This document shows positions 27,672 to 37,671 of a DNA stretch of 64,000 nt, one piece after another. This DNA is from Desulfurivibrionaceae bacterium (lineage in GTDB: Bacteria; Desulfobacterota; Desulfobulbia; Desulfobulbales; SURF-16). The notes beneath the pieces are model-generated. The model had not been told where the DNA came from, ran no database searches, and saw only the letters and a program-made list of their open reading frames with translations. Where the stretch lies: contig JBKHJR010000001.1 in the NCBI GenBank assembly GCA_046537975.1, positions 64,688-128,687 on the forward strand, in the 5' to 3' direction. A program made the translations under genes and the position numbers. Position 1 is the first letter of the stretch; each line of letters begins with the position of its first letter.

Positions 27672-27929
27672 ATGATTGAGATGCTGACCGATAATATAAG
27701 CCATGCCCTGATGATTACCGGCTTTGTCTTCATGATGATGATCGTGGTGGAATACTTTAATATCCTGACCGGAGGTTTGTGGCAGCAGGCTTTTCGGGGC
27801 AGCTTATGGAAACAGTATCTGCTGGCCGGAGTCCTGGCTGAATCCCGGCTGGATTTTTTGAAGGTCAAGGCAATCAACCTGACAGCGGGATTTCTGGTGG
27901 GACTGGGGAGTTATCTGGCCGGTTGGTAA
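27672..27929 (+). pseudogene. Truncated membrane-protein remnant (resembles the N-terminus of the 10-TM ArsP_2-type putative metal permease family)
   Basis: HALMITGFVFMMMIVVEYFNILTGGLWQ...WKQYLLAGVL looks like the family N-terminus. The ORF is only 85 aa, against more than 300 expected. Confidence 0.4.
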
Positions 27930-28054
27930 AAAAATTTGCTTGATGATTTTGGTTTTCCTGGTCGGGATTTATTTGCTATCCTTTAATCTGATGGCTGGTT
28001 ATGGATGATACGACTGACCTTTATATTACCATTAAGGGACAGAGGAGAAGGCAT

Positions 28055-28711
28055 ATGAAAGAAGAAGATGAAAAGACCTGTCAGTGTCAGGATGAGCAGG
28101 AGATAGAAGAGGAACAGGGCGGAGTTACCCGGCGGGGTTTTCTGGCTACTGTCGGGGCTGGGGCTGTGGCCTTCGCCGCCGGCGGCAGGGCCGGTGCGCC
28201 GGCTCCGGCGATTGCGGCTGCAGGAGAGAGGCAAGCGGCTGAGACTGTTTCCGTTGTTCTTAATATTAACAGCACTTCCCACCGTCTTCTCGTGGAGTCA
28301 CGCTGGTCTCTGATGTATGTACTGCGGGAGCTTCTGGGGCTGACCGGAACCAAGGTGGGTTGCGGACGCGGGGAATGTGGGGCCTGTACGGTTCTGATTG
28401 ACGATGTCCCCCGCTACGGTTGCCTTACTCTGGCGGTCGAAGCTGAAGGTCACCGCATAACCACGGTGGAAGGTCTGATGGACGGCGAGGAACTGGGTGC
28501 GGTTCAACAGGCCTTTGTGGAAAAGGATGCCATGCAGTGCGGCTATTGTATCCCGGGCCAGATTGTCTCTGTTGAAGGACTTTTGCGGAAGAACCCCAGG
28601 CCCGGCAGGGATGAGATACGCCTGGGTGTAAGTGGTAATCTCTGCCGCTGCGGTTCCTATGAACATATTTTTAAGGCGGCGGAAAGGGCGTCTGAGCTGA
28701 AACGCAAATGA
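28055..28711 (+). CDS. Tat-exported [2Fe-2S] subunit of a xanthine-dehydrogenase-family molybdoenzyme (PaoA-like)
   Basis: Tat signal TRRGFLATVGAGAVAFAAGG. Two 2Fe-2S motifs (GCGRGECGACTV and CGYCIPG...CRCGSY). ATG 28055 follows an AGGAGAAGG RBS. Confidence 0.85.
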   Translation: MKEEDEKTCQCQDEQEIEEEQGGVTRRGFLATVGAGAVAFAAGGRAGAPAPAIAAAGERQAAETVSVVLNINSTSHRLLVESRWSLMYVLRELLGLTGTKVGCGRGECGACTVLIDDVPRYGCLTLAVEAEGHRITTVEGLMDGEELGAVQQAFVEKDAMQCGYCIPGQIVSVEGLLRKNPRPGRDEIRLGVSGNLCRCGSYEHIFKAAERASELKRK

Positions 28712-28715
28712 AAAG

Positions 28716-31058
28716 GTGACTTCTATGAAAGATGACAGCAGCATATATTATAAGGAAGGGATTCCGGTCCCGGAAACCCCCGAGCCGGGAGAGAATCCGG
28801 CAGCCTGGAAAAAGACCAGGATAATCGGGGGATCCTCTCCCAGGGTAGACGCCTATGAAAGGGTGAGCGGCACCGCGATATATCCCTCTGATATTACTCT
28901 GCCCAATATGATCTATGGCGCCATTCTGCGCTGTCCCCATCCCCATGCCCGGGTTAAAAAACTGGATTTAAGCGGAGCTAAGAAGATGGACGGGATCTAT
29001 GCTGTCCTGGGGGGCGAGGCAGAAGAAGGTAAATTGAAATGGCCCTACAGCGAAGAGGTCATCAGCCGGCTCTTCGACCCTGAATGCCGTTTCGAAGGAG
29101 AGGCTGTTGCTGCAGTGGCGGCAGCTACCCCTTATCTGGCCCGGGATGCCCTCAGGGCTATAAAAGTGGAGTACGAGGTTCTGTCTCATCTGGTGGATGA
29201 GAGGCAGGCTCTGAAATCCGGGGTGGTAGAGGTACATAAGGGCGGCAACAAGGTCAAGGAGGAGGCCTATGAAAGAGGGGATGTGGAAAAAGGGTTTGCC
29301 GAGGCAGACGTCGTTCTGACCCGTGAATACCGAACTTCCTGTGAACTTCATACCCCTGTGGAACTGCACGGTTGTGTGGCCAACTGGGAAGGAGATAGCT
29401 TGACCATATATGAATCCACCCAGGGGGTTTACGCCGTACAGGCCAAGGCGGCGGAAATGCTGGGTCTGCCTTTTTCCAAGGTCAGAGTGGTAGGCCATTA
29501 CATGGGGGGAGGATTCGGCAGCAAGCTCCAGGCCGGTAAATATACCATTATCGCAGCTCTTCTGGCCAGACAGAGCGGCCGGCCGGTAAAACATTTTCTC
29601 AGTCGGGAGGAGACCTTTCTTGCTGCAGGAAACAGGCCGCCTGCCAATATGAAGCTAAAGGCAGGTGCTAAAAAAGACGGAACTTTGACCGCCCTGGAAT
29701 TTGAGGCCCTGGGTACGGGAGGGGCTTATCCGGCCGGGGGTACATCCCTGCTGGACTGGCTTGCCCGTGATCTTTACACCTGCCCCAATGTCAAGACCAG
29801 GACTACGGATGTCTATATCCATGCCGGTCCGGCCCGGCCTTTCCGGGCTCCGGGCCATCCCCAGTGTTCCTGGGCCCTGGAGCAGATGATGGATTCCCTG
29901 GCTGAGGCGGTGGATCTCGATCCGGTTGATATCCGTCTGCGGAATGTGCCGGAAGTGAGTCAGGCCAGGGAGGGCAGTCCCCCCTATACTACCACGGGTC
30001 TCAAAGAGTGCCTGACCAAGGGGGCGGAGGCCTTTGGCTGGCAGGAGTCCCGCCGAAAGACTGCGTCCGGCAGGAAATCGGAAAATCATCTGAAAAGAGG
30101 TGTGGGCATGGGGGGATGCCTCTGGGTCGCCGGCGATGGCGGCCCGCCTTCCACCGTGGTGGTCAAGCTCTTCAGCGACGGCAGTGCAAATCTCAACATG
30201 GGCGCCAGTGATATCGGCACTGGTACCAAAACCATTATGGCCATGGTGGTTGCGGAAGAGCTGGGGATCAAGCCGGAAATGATCCAGATTGAACATGCTG
30301 ATACCGGTTCCACCCAGTATGCCACTCCCAGCGGAGGAAGCAAGACTGTGCCCACTGAATCTCCGGCGGTTCGGGCGGCAGCAGTGGAGGTCAAACGCCA
30401 GGTCCTGGCCATGGCTGCGGAAGATTTTGATACTGACGAGGAAAATCTGAGTTACATCGGTGATCATGTTGAGCTAAAGGGAGATGACAGCAGCAGAAAA
30501 AGAATTACCGAGATCTCCAGGCTCAAAAAGCGTGGCGTGGTAATCGGGGTGGGCTATCGCGGTCCCAATCCGGAGGGTAAGGTGGTCAATCCTTTTGCCG
30601 CCCAGTTCTGCGAGGTGGAAGTAAACACCAGGACAGGTGAAGTACGTGTTGTCCGTTTTCTGGGAGCCCATGAAAGCGGTAGAGTGATGGACCGCCTTAC
30701 CTTTGACAACCAGGTTTTCGGCGGCATAGCTATGGGTATTGGTCTGGGGCTGACCGAGCATCGTATTCTGGATGGTAAACAGACCGGTAAGATGGTCAAC
30801 CGTAACTGGCATGACTATAAGCTGCCTACCGCCCTTGACATCCCGGAAGAACAGACCTCTCTGGCGGTGGAGATGCCCGATCATGAAGCCAACAGCACCG
30901 GGGCCAAGGGCCTTGGAGAACCGGTGACCATCCCCACTGCTGCGGCCATTGCCAATGCTATATATGATGCCACCGGGGTCCGGGTTTCCGAGTCGCCCGC
31001 CAATCCTCTGAACTTAAAAAGTCTGTTGGCAGAGCACTACAGGGAGGAAAAATCATGA
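28716..31058 (+). CDS. Molybdopterin-binding large subunit of an aldehyde oxidase / xanthine dehydrogenase family enzyme (PaoC-like)
   Basis: 780 aa with family blocks (GGGFGSK, HAGPARPFRAPG, GTGTKT, GLGEP). Confidence 0.9.
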   Translation: MTSMKDDSSIYYKEGIPVPETPEPGENPAAWKKTRIIGGSSPRVDAYERVSGTAIYPSDITLPNMIYGAILRCPHPHARVKKLDLSGAKKMDGIYAVLGGEAEEGKLKWPYSEEVISRLFDPECRFEGEAVAAVAAATPYLARDALRAIKVEYEVLSHLVDERQALKSGVVEVHKGGNKVKEEAYERGDVEKGFAEADVVLTREYRTSCELHTPVELHGCVANWEGDSLTIYESTQGVYAVQAKAAEMLGLPFSKVRVVGHYMGGGFGSKLQAGKYTIIAALLARQSGRPVKHFLSREETFLAAGNRPPANMKLKAGAKKDGTLTALEFEALGTGGAYPAGGTSLLDWLARDLYTCPNVKTRTTDVYIHAGPARPFRAPGHPQCSWALEQMMDSLAEAVDLDPVDIRLRNVPEVSQAREGSPPYTTTGLKECLTKGAEAFGWQESRRKTASGRKSENHLKRGVGMGGCLWVAGDGGPPSTVVVKLFSDGSANLNMGASDIGTGTKTIMAMVVAEELGIKPEMIQIEHADTGSTQYATPSGGSKTVPTESPAVRAAAVEVKRQVLAMAAEDFDTDEENLSYIGDHVELKGDDSSRKRITEISRLKKRGVVIGVGYRGPNPEGKVVNPFAAQFCEVEVNTRTGEVRVVRFLGAHESGRVMDRLTFDNQVFGGIAMGIGLGLTEHRILDGKQTGKMVNRNWHDYKLPTALDIPEEQTSLAVEMPDHEANSTGAKGLGEPVTIPTAAAIANAIYDATGVRVSESPANPLNLKSLLAEHYREEKS

Positions 31059-32044
31059 TTCCCAAATTTAATTATATACGTCCGCAAACCTTGCAGGATA
31101 CTGTCTCCCATCTTCAGGATGAGGATGCCATGATCCACGCCGGAGGAACCGATCTGCTGACCTGTCTTCGGGACCAGATTTTTAAAGCCGGGAAGATAGT
31201 AAGCCTGAGCGGCCTCAAGGATATGGCCGGAATAAAGAAAAGGAACGGCGGCGGCCTCAGGATCGGTGCTCTTGCCACCATAGCAGAAATCGCCGACCAT
31301 GACGTGATCAGCAGGAAATACAAGGTCCTGGCCCAGGCCGCGGCAGAGGTCGCCAGCCCCCAGATCCGCAATCAGGGGACCATCGGCGGCAATCTCTGTC
31401 AGAAGCCGCGCTGCTGGTATTACCGGGGGGAGTTCCATTGCCGACGCAAGGGAGGCAAGATTTGTCATGCCGCAGACGGGGAGAATCAGTATCACTGTAT
31501 CTTTGGGGGCAAGGGCTGCTATATTGTCCATCCCTCGGATGCTGCCCCGGCTTTGGCTGCCCTGGGAGCGAGTCTCCGGATCAGAGGTCCGGCCGGCGAG
31601 AGAACCGTACCCGTGGCGGATTTTTTCGTGCTGCCGGACCAGGATGTCACCCGGGAAACCGTGCTGGAGCAGGGGGAGGTAGTTAAGGAAATCCTGCTGC
31701 CGCCTCCGCTTTCCGGGAAGGTCTACAGTTCCTACCGTAAAGTAAGGGCCCGGCAGGCCTGGGATTTCTCCCTGGCCGGTGCTGCTTTGGTCTTTCGTTT
31801 TTCCGGCGAAAGAGTTGACAGGGCGCGGGTATTTTTAAGCGGTGCCGCCCCTGTCCCTTGGCGTGCCCGGGAAGTGGAGGAGGAGATCATGGGCAGCGGC
31901 CTGGACCGGGAAACCGTGGCCCGGGCCGCAGCCGCCGGAGTTCGGAAAGCCTCCCCCCTGGCCGGTAATCACTATAAGGTTGATCTTTTTGAAGGGATGC
32001 TGGAAGAGGAGCTTTTAAAAGCCAGGGAGCAGATATCAGCTTAA
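31055..32044 (+). CDS. FAD-binding subunit of the same enzyme (PaoB/CoxM-like) with an extra Cys cluster
   Basis: FAD_binding_5-like N-terminus (IHAGGTDLL...GNLCQ). Cys-rich insert CQKPRCWYYRGEFHCRRKGGKICH...HCIFGGKGC. Confidence 0.85.
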   Translation: MIPKFNYIRPQTLQDTVSHLQDEDAMIHAGGTDLLTCLRDQIFKAGKIVSLSGLKDMAGIKKRNGGGLRIGALATIAEIADHDVISRKYKVLAQAAAEVASPQIRNQGTIGGNLCQKPRCWYYRGEFHCRRKGGKICHAADGENQYHCIFGGKGCYIVHPSDAAPALAALGASLRIRGPAGERTVPVADFFVLPDQDVTRETVLEQGEVVKEILLPPPLSGKVYSSYRKVRARQAWDFSLAGAALVFRFSGERVDRARVFLSGAAPVPWRAREVEEEIMGSGLDRETVARAAAAGVRKASPLAGNHYKVDLFEGMLEEELLKAREQISA

Positions 32045-32060
32045 AAGGAAAAGATTAATA

Positions 32061-32918
32061 ATGGAAGAAACAAAAATCTACGAAGAGATATTGCGGGCCA
32101 GAACTGAAAACGTCCCTGTTGTTCTGGCCATAGTCACGGAGAGTCACGGCTCCTCTCCCCAGAGATCCGGGGCCAAGATGCTGATCCGGGCTGACGGCAG
32201 CACCATAGGGACGGTGGGCGGCGGTCCTGTGGAAAAGGATGTCATCAATCTGGGCCGGGAATCGATTAACCAGAGAACCGGCCCCCGGACCATGGAGTTT
32301 GAACTTGATGAGAAAAATGGCTTTCTCTGCGGCGGCCGGATGAGGATTTATGTTGAACCCCTTTATCCCCAGCCCCGCCTGATAATTATTGGAGCGGGGC
32401 ATGTGGGACAGGCATTGGCCAACTTGGCCGACTTCAGCGGTTACCACACCACGGTGATTGATGACCGGGAGGAATATGCCAACCGGGAAAATATCCCGGT
32501 TGGCGAGATCCTTGTGGTCAGTGATTTCCAGGAGGCTCTGGCCGGTCTTACGGTGGATAAAGAAAGCAGCCTGCTTATCGCCACCCGGGGTCATGAACAC
32601 GACTTCAGCGCCGCACTGGGAGCTCTTGCCTCACCTGCCGCTTATATAGGTATAGTGGGAAGCAGGAAGAAGAAGGCCGGTTTTTTTAAATCATTAGAGG
32701 GAAGGGGTTTCAGCGATGCTGATCTGCAGAGAATCCATATGCCGGTAGGTCTTTCGATCGGTTCGGTGACCCCGGCCGAGATTGCGGTCAGCATTATGGC
32801 CCAGATTATTCAGCAAAGGAGATGCAATGCCAGCTCTGCAGACCGAAGCAGTGGTTCTTGCCGCCGGCCGTTCCCGGCGCATGGGTGCGAACAAACAGCT
32901 GCTGCCCCTTCTGGGTAG
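32061..32918 (+). CDS. XdhC/CoxI-family molybdenum-cofactor insertion chaperone
   Basis: VLAIVTESHGSSPQRSGAKMLIRADGSTIGTVGGGPVE plus a Rossmann-like IIIGAGHVGQAL. The 3' end overlaps the next gene by about 90 nt. Confidence 0.8.
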   Translation: MEETKIYEEILRARTENVPVVLAIVTESHGSSPQRSGAKMLIRADGSTIGTVGGGPVEKDVINLGRESINQRTGPRTMEFELDEKNGFLCGGRMRIYVEPLYPQPRLIIIGAGHVGQALANLADFSGYHTTVIDDREEYANRENIPVGEILVVSDFQEALAGLTVDKESSLLIATRGHEHDFSAALGALASPAAYIGIVGSRKKKAGFFKSLEGRGFSDADLQRIHMPVGLSIGSVTPAEIAVSIMAQIIQQRRCNASSADRSSGSCRRPFPAHGCEQTAAAPSG

Positions 32919-33441
32919 ACCGGCGATCCTGCACTGTCTTGAAGCCCTATGGCAGGCGGGATTCAGCCGGCCCGTGGTGGTCTTGTCCCCGGCAGGAACC
33001 GAGATCGCCGGGGTTCTGGCTGACCGATCTGTTACCATTGCCTGGAACGAAGAACCGGTGTGTGAGATGGCCGATTCCGTCCGGACCGGACTTAAGTCGA
33101 GTCCTTCCACCTGCGGTGCTCTGCTGGTCTATCCGGCTGACTATCCCCTGGTGAGCTCTGCGACTATAGCCGATCTGGCGCAAAGATATGAGTTCGAGCC
33201 TGAAAGGATCATTATCCCGGTATATAAAGGCAGGCGAGGACATCCCGTCCTTTTTCCCCGTTTAATTCTGGAGGAACTGGATTCAGAACAGACTCTCCGT
33301 GATGTAATTCACAGCCATTCTGCTGATGTGGTTCACTGTCCGGTTGAGGATGAGGCCATTCTACTTGATATGGATACTCCGGCAGACTATGACCTCATGT
33401 GTTTCAAGGCCGCCGCCGGAACCGGCCGAACCCCGGATTGA
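32827..33441 (+). CDS. mocA: Molybdenum cofactor cytidylyltransferase-like (MobA/MocA family, NTP_transf_3)
   Basis: AVVLAAGRSRRMGANKQLLPL... and ADYPLV. ATG 32827 follows an AAGGAG RBS. Confidence 0.8.
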   Translation: MPALQTEAVVLAAGRSRRMGANKQLLPLLGRPAILHCLEALWQAGFSRPVVVLSPAGTEIAGVLADRSVTIAWNEEPVCEMADSVRTGLKSSPSTCGALLVYPADYPLVSSATIADLAQRYEFEPERIIIPVYKGRRGHPVLFPRLILEELDSEQTLRDVIHSHSADVVHCPVEDEAILLDMDTPADYDLMCFKAAAGTGRTPD

Positions 33442-33752
33442 TTATCCCACCAGGTATTGAATGAGTAGAAATTACCCGCAGGGAATTATTAGTCTTCTCC
33501 CTTACCACCTCTTTTTTGCGCCTCTCTCTATTTTACCTGACGGAAAGCCGGATTGGATTAATGTTTCAGCTTTTCAAAAAATCCGGAAATCTGCGGACAA
33601 AAGGCTTATAGTTATAAATAGAATGGCGGAATATAGTGGACCGCAGGGAGGCTATATCCGGAATAATCCTGTTAGGGAAGAAAAAATTTATTTGGGTCCC
33701 GGAGTCAGGTATGTCATGTTTCATTGCTGCTGACAGCGGATGCTGGAATTAT

Positions 33753-34640
33753 ATGCGTATCACCACCCGCGGTGATCTGGACGGCATGACGAGTTCCGTT
33801 CTTTTGACCATTGTCGAAAAAATAGACAAGATCAGGTTTGCCCACCCCAAGGATGTCCAGGATGGTTTTATCTCGGTTACTGAAGAAGACATCCTGGTTA
33901 ATCTCCCCTACGCTCCCGGTTGTGGGATGTGGTTCGACCATCATGTCTCGGAGCAGGAAAAAAATGCGGAACTTTGTGCAATCAAAGGAAGATTTGAAAT
34001 AGCTCCGAGCTGTGCCAGGGTCATCTATAATCATTATCAGCATCCCGGCTTTGAAGAATATAAGGAGCTTCTTGAGGTGACCGATAAAATCGACAGTGCC
34101 CGGCTCACCAGGGACGAGGTATCCAATCCCGAAGGCTTGGTTCTTCTGGGTTATACCCTTGATCCCCGGACCGGTTTCAGAGATGATTTCCAGGAGTATT
34201 TCTGCTGGCTGGTTGATGTGGTCAGAGAGTGGCCTTTATCGGAAGTCCTTGAATTTAAAGAGGTTAAAAAGCGTTGCCAGCGTTTTCTGGATGAACAGGA
34301 GGATTATCAGGACTGGCTCCGGAAAAACTGCCGTCTGGAAGATAACGTGATTATTGCCGATATGCGGGAAGCCGAGGATGTTCCGGTCGGCAACCGTTTC
34401 CTGGTCTACACCCTTTTTCCGGAAGCAAATGTGGAAATAAGGATTGTTCAGGGAGTAAAAAAAAATATTGCTCTGATTGTGGGAAGAAGTATTTTTAACA
34501 GAAGTTGCCGGGTAAATATCGGCAGGATGCTTTCCTGCTACGGAGGCGGGGGACATGAAGGGGCCGGAACCTGCCAGGTTTCTCCCGAAGATCTGGATTA
34601 TGTACTACAGGGAATTATCAGCCAGCTCCGGGAAGCTTGA
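33753..34640 (+). CDS. DHH-like phosphoesterase / 'exopolyphosphatase-related' family protein
   Basis: MRITTRGDLDGMTSSVLL...FAHPKDVQDG...WFDHH... resembles a conserved family often annotated as exopolyphosphatase-related. The function is uncertain. Confidence 0.5.
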   Translation: MRITTRGDLDGMTSSVLLTIVEKIDKIRFAHPKDVQDGFISVTEEDILVNLPYAPGCGMWFDHHVSEQEKNAELCAIKGRFEIAPSCARVIYNHYQHPGFEEYKELLEVTDKIDSARLTRDEVSNPEGLVLLGYTLDPRTGFRDDFQEYFCWLVDVVREWPLSEVLEFKEVKKRCQRFLDEQEDYQDWLRKNCRLEDNVIIADMREAEDVPVGNRFLVYTLFPEANVEIRIVQGVKKNIALIVGRSIFNRSCRVNIGRMLSCYGGGGHEGAGTCQVSPEDLDYVLQGIISQLREA

Positions 34641-34801
34641 TAGACTTCAAAAACTCAATTTTCCGGCGTTAGGTCGCAAAGACCACAAGGCTTTTTTATA
34701 AAGAGCGGATATATGTCTTTGGTATTTCCGGCATTTTAATTTGTGATTTTGCTTCTTATTAACCACCAGAGCCTTTAATCCGGGGAGAGGTGAATTTTTA
34801 G

Positions 34802-36118
34802 ATGAAGAAATATTTTGTATTGGACACCAACGTATTACTGCATACCGCAGACGCTATAACTTCTTTTGCTGATAATATCGTCCTGCTGCCGATGTCGGTT
34901 ATTGAAGAGCTGGATAAATTCAAGTCTCATAGTGATGAACTGGGCCGGAATGCCAGAGAGACTATCAGGCAGTTGGATGCCTTGCGGACCCGGGGTAGCC
35001 TCAGTAAAGGGGTGGAGATGGATAACGGCGGTATGCTGCAAATATACAGCGGCAAGAATGAGATTGTAAACCCCGGTCTCGATTTAAGTGTAGCTGATAA
35101 CCGGATTGTAGCCGTGGCCTACACTGTTTTGTCGCAGGGAAATAAAGTAATATTTGTATCCAAGGACATCAATGCCCGGCTCAAGGCTGACGCCCTGGGG
35201 CTTGATGTCATGGATTTTGAGAAGCAGAAGGTCAATTTCGACGAACTGTTCAGTGGTTATCAGGATGTCGAGGTGCCGGGCTCTGTTGTCGATGAATTCT
35301 ACCAGAAGGAAGTTATGGTCCGGGAAGGACTGGACCTGGTTCCCAACGAGTTTGTGATGTTGGTGGATGAAGGCAATCCCAAGCACACGGCTCTGGCCCG
35401 GGCCGGATTACAGGGCGAGTTGATGCACCTGAATGCCGGTTATGAGCAGGTCTGGAATATCCGGCCCCGGAACAGGGAACAGCGTATGGCTCTGGAACTC
35501 TTGATGGACCAGAAAATCCAGGTGGTCACTCTGGTGGGCCAGGCCGGAACCGGTAAAACTTTGCTTGCCCTGGCTGCCGCTCTTGAATCAACGATTCGTT
35601 ACCGGCGCTATGAGAAAGTGCTGGTCAGTCGTCCCATTATTCCCATGGGCAAGGATTTGGGCTATATGCCCGGCGGTAAGGAAGAGAAGCTTTCCCACTG
35701 GATGCTGCCCATATTCGACAACCTGACTTACCTGTTGAACAACTCTTCGAATGATGGCGAGGAAGGGGATGAGAATGTAAGGCAGAAGGTAGATGATCTT
35801 CTCAATAACAATATTGTGGAGATGGAGGCTCTCACTTATATCCGGGGGCGCTCAATTCCCCGGCAGTATATTATTGTCGATGAGGTCCAGAACCTTACCC
35901 CGCATGAGACTAAGACCATTATCAGTCGGGCCGGCAAGGGGACCAAAATGGTCCTCACCGGCGATCCCTACCAGATTGACAATCCCTATCTCGATTCCAG
36001 CAGCAATGGCCTCACCTATACCGCGGAACGCCTGAAAGGCCACGACCTGCACGGGCATGTAACTTTGAGAAAGAGTGAGCGCAGTCCTCTGGCTGAACTG
36101 GCGGCGGATTACCTTTAA
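34802..36118 (+). CDS. PhoH2-type protein (N-terminal PIN domain fused to PhoH ATPase)
   Basis: PIN start MKKYFVLDTNVLL. PhoH P-loop GQAGTGKTLLALAAAL, then RGRSIP...IIVDEVQNL. Confidence 0.9.
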   Translation: MKKYFVLDTNVLLHTADAITSFADNIVLLPMSVIEELDKFKSHSDELGRNARETIRQLDALRTRGSLSKGVEMDNGGMLQIYSGKNEIVNPGLDLSVADNRIVAVAYTVLSQGNKVIFVSKDINARLKADALGLDVMDFEKQKVNFDELFSGYQDVEVPGSVVDEFYQKEVMVREGLDLVPNEFVMLVDEGNPKHTALARAGLQGELMHLNAGYEQVWNIRPRNREQRMALELLMDQKIQVVTLVGQAGTGKTLLALAAALESTIRYRRYEKVLVSRPIIPMGKDLGYMPGGKEEKLSHWMLPIFDNLTYLLNNSSNDGEEGDENVRQKVDDLLNNNIVEMEALTYIRGRSIPRQYIIVDEVQNLTPHETKTIISRAGKGTKMVLTGDPYQIDNPYLDSSSNGLTYTAERLKGHDLHGHVTLRKSERSPLAELAADYL

Positions 36119-36294
36119 GGGGACTAAATTTTCGGGATTTTTTGATTCTATGAACCATGGTTTAAGAAAATAAACAGGACCGCCTTCACATATTTCGCAT
36201 CCATGTATATGTTTTTAATTAAGAGAGCTGTAAGTGTCAGGAAATTCTATGCCGCTTGTAACTCACATAACTGAATATATGAGAGGGAAAGATC

Positions 36295-37383
36295 ATGAAA
36301 GGTTATTGTGTTTCTGCCTTTCTGCCGTTGCTTATTTTCCTGCTTTCTGCCTCCATGGGTGGATGTGGAACCCCGGATAAAAAGGAGGTTGAAGTGGCTG
36401 CTTCTGATAATCTGAAAAAGGCCACCTTTGCCGGCGGCTGCTTCTGGTGCCTGGAAAAACCCTTTGAGAAGCTGCCCGGGGTTTTATCGGTTACCTCGGG
36501 TTATACCGGCGGCAATACGGAAAATCCCACTTATGACAACTACGCCCGGGGAGGACATATCGAGGCGGTGGAGATAGATTACGATCCCGGGATCATCAGT
36601 TACAGGGAACTGCTGGATGTGTTCTGGCGACAGATAGATCCCACCGATGCCGGGGGGCAGTTCGCAGACCGCGGTCATTCCTATACCACAGCAATCTTCT
36701 ACCACGATTGGGAGCAAAAAAAACAGGCTGAGCAGTCCAGGAAAGAACTGTCAGAGAGTGGTGTCTTTGAGAAGCCCATCGTCACTCCTGTTGTCCCGGC
36801 GGATACTTTTTACAGGGCGGAGGATTACCACCAGGACTATTACCGGAAAAATCCCCTGCGTTATAAGTTCTACCGCTCCGGTTCAGGCCGGGATGAATTT
36901 CTGGATAAGGTGTGGGGTAAAGAGCGCGAGGAGGACCACCGGAAGGTCGCTTCTCTGAGCCGATTGACTCCCATGCAGTATAAGGTTACCCAGGAAGGCG
37001 GCACCGAGCCTGCTTTTGACAATGCCTACTGGGATAATAAACAGCCTGGTATTTATGTGGATATAGTCTCCGGTGAACCTTTATTCAGCTCTCTGGACAA
37101 GTTTGAATCCGGCACCGGCTGGCCCAGTTTCACCAAGCCCCTGGTTCCGGAAAATATAGTGGAGAAGGAGGATCGGAAGCTTTTTACAGTCAGGAGCGAG
37201 GTCCGCAGCCGACACGCTGGCTCACATTTGGGCCATGTTTTTGCTGACGGACCGCCGCCCACCGGTCTGCGTTACTGTATTAATTCGGCTGCCCTGCGCT
37301 TTATCCCGGATGAAGACTTGGTGAAAGAAGGCTACCGGGAGTTTCTGGATCTGTTTGAGGATCAAGAGTCCGGCGGCAGGTAG
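36295..37383 (+). CDS. msrAB: Bifunctional methionine sulfoxide reductase MsrA/MsrB, lipoprotein/secreted
   Basis: Signal peptide with MGGC lipobox. MsrA GGCFWC motif. MsrB GTGWPSF and RYCINSAAL motifs. Confidence 0.9.
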   Translation: MKGYCVSAFLPLLIFLLSASMGGCGTPDKKEVEVAASDNLKKATFAGGCFWCLEKPFEKLPGVLSVTSGYTGGNTENPTYDNYARGGHIEAVEIDYDPGIISYRELLDVFWRQIDPTDAGGQFADRGHSYTTAIFYHDWEQKKQAEQSRKELSESGVFEKPIVTPVVPADTFYRAEDYHQDYYRKNPLRYKFYRSGSGRDEFLDKVWGKEREEDHRKVASLSRLTPMQYKVTQEGGTEPAFDNAYWDNKQPGIYVDIVSGEPLFSSLDKFESGTGWPSFTKPLVPENIVEKEDRKLFTVRSEVRSRHAGSHLGHVFADGPPPTGLRYCINSAALRFIPDEDLVKEGYREFLDLFEDQESGGR

Positions 37384-37671
37384 GGGCCGTTTCTGATTCC
37401 TGCCTGATTTCGCCAGCTCGACCTGTCTGTTTGTTGGTTGCCGCCCTGGGTGGTGAAGCAGAAAAAAAAATCCAGGGAAAGTGTAATTTTTTTTTGTTTG
37501 GACCGCATTTTGCAAAAAAATTTAAATATGACTGTTGTTCCAGTGACAGTTATTACCGGGCAAGAAGTGCTGCCTGCTCTGATTACCCGGTATCCCCCGA
37601 TAGATGAGAACTGATCTCGGAGCTGGAAGCTTTCATGGATCTTTCAGCTTACCGCAATATAAAGGAGTTTT

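Noticed and set aside
33461-33733. 90-aa plus-strand ORF in the mocA-DHH spacer
   Set aside because: No RBS, odd composition, and it overlaps the extended (unlikely) upstream part of the next ORF. The 310-nt spacer is more likely non-coding.
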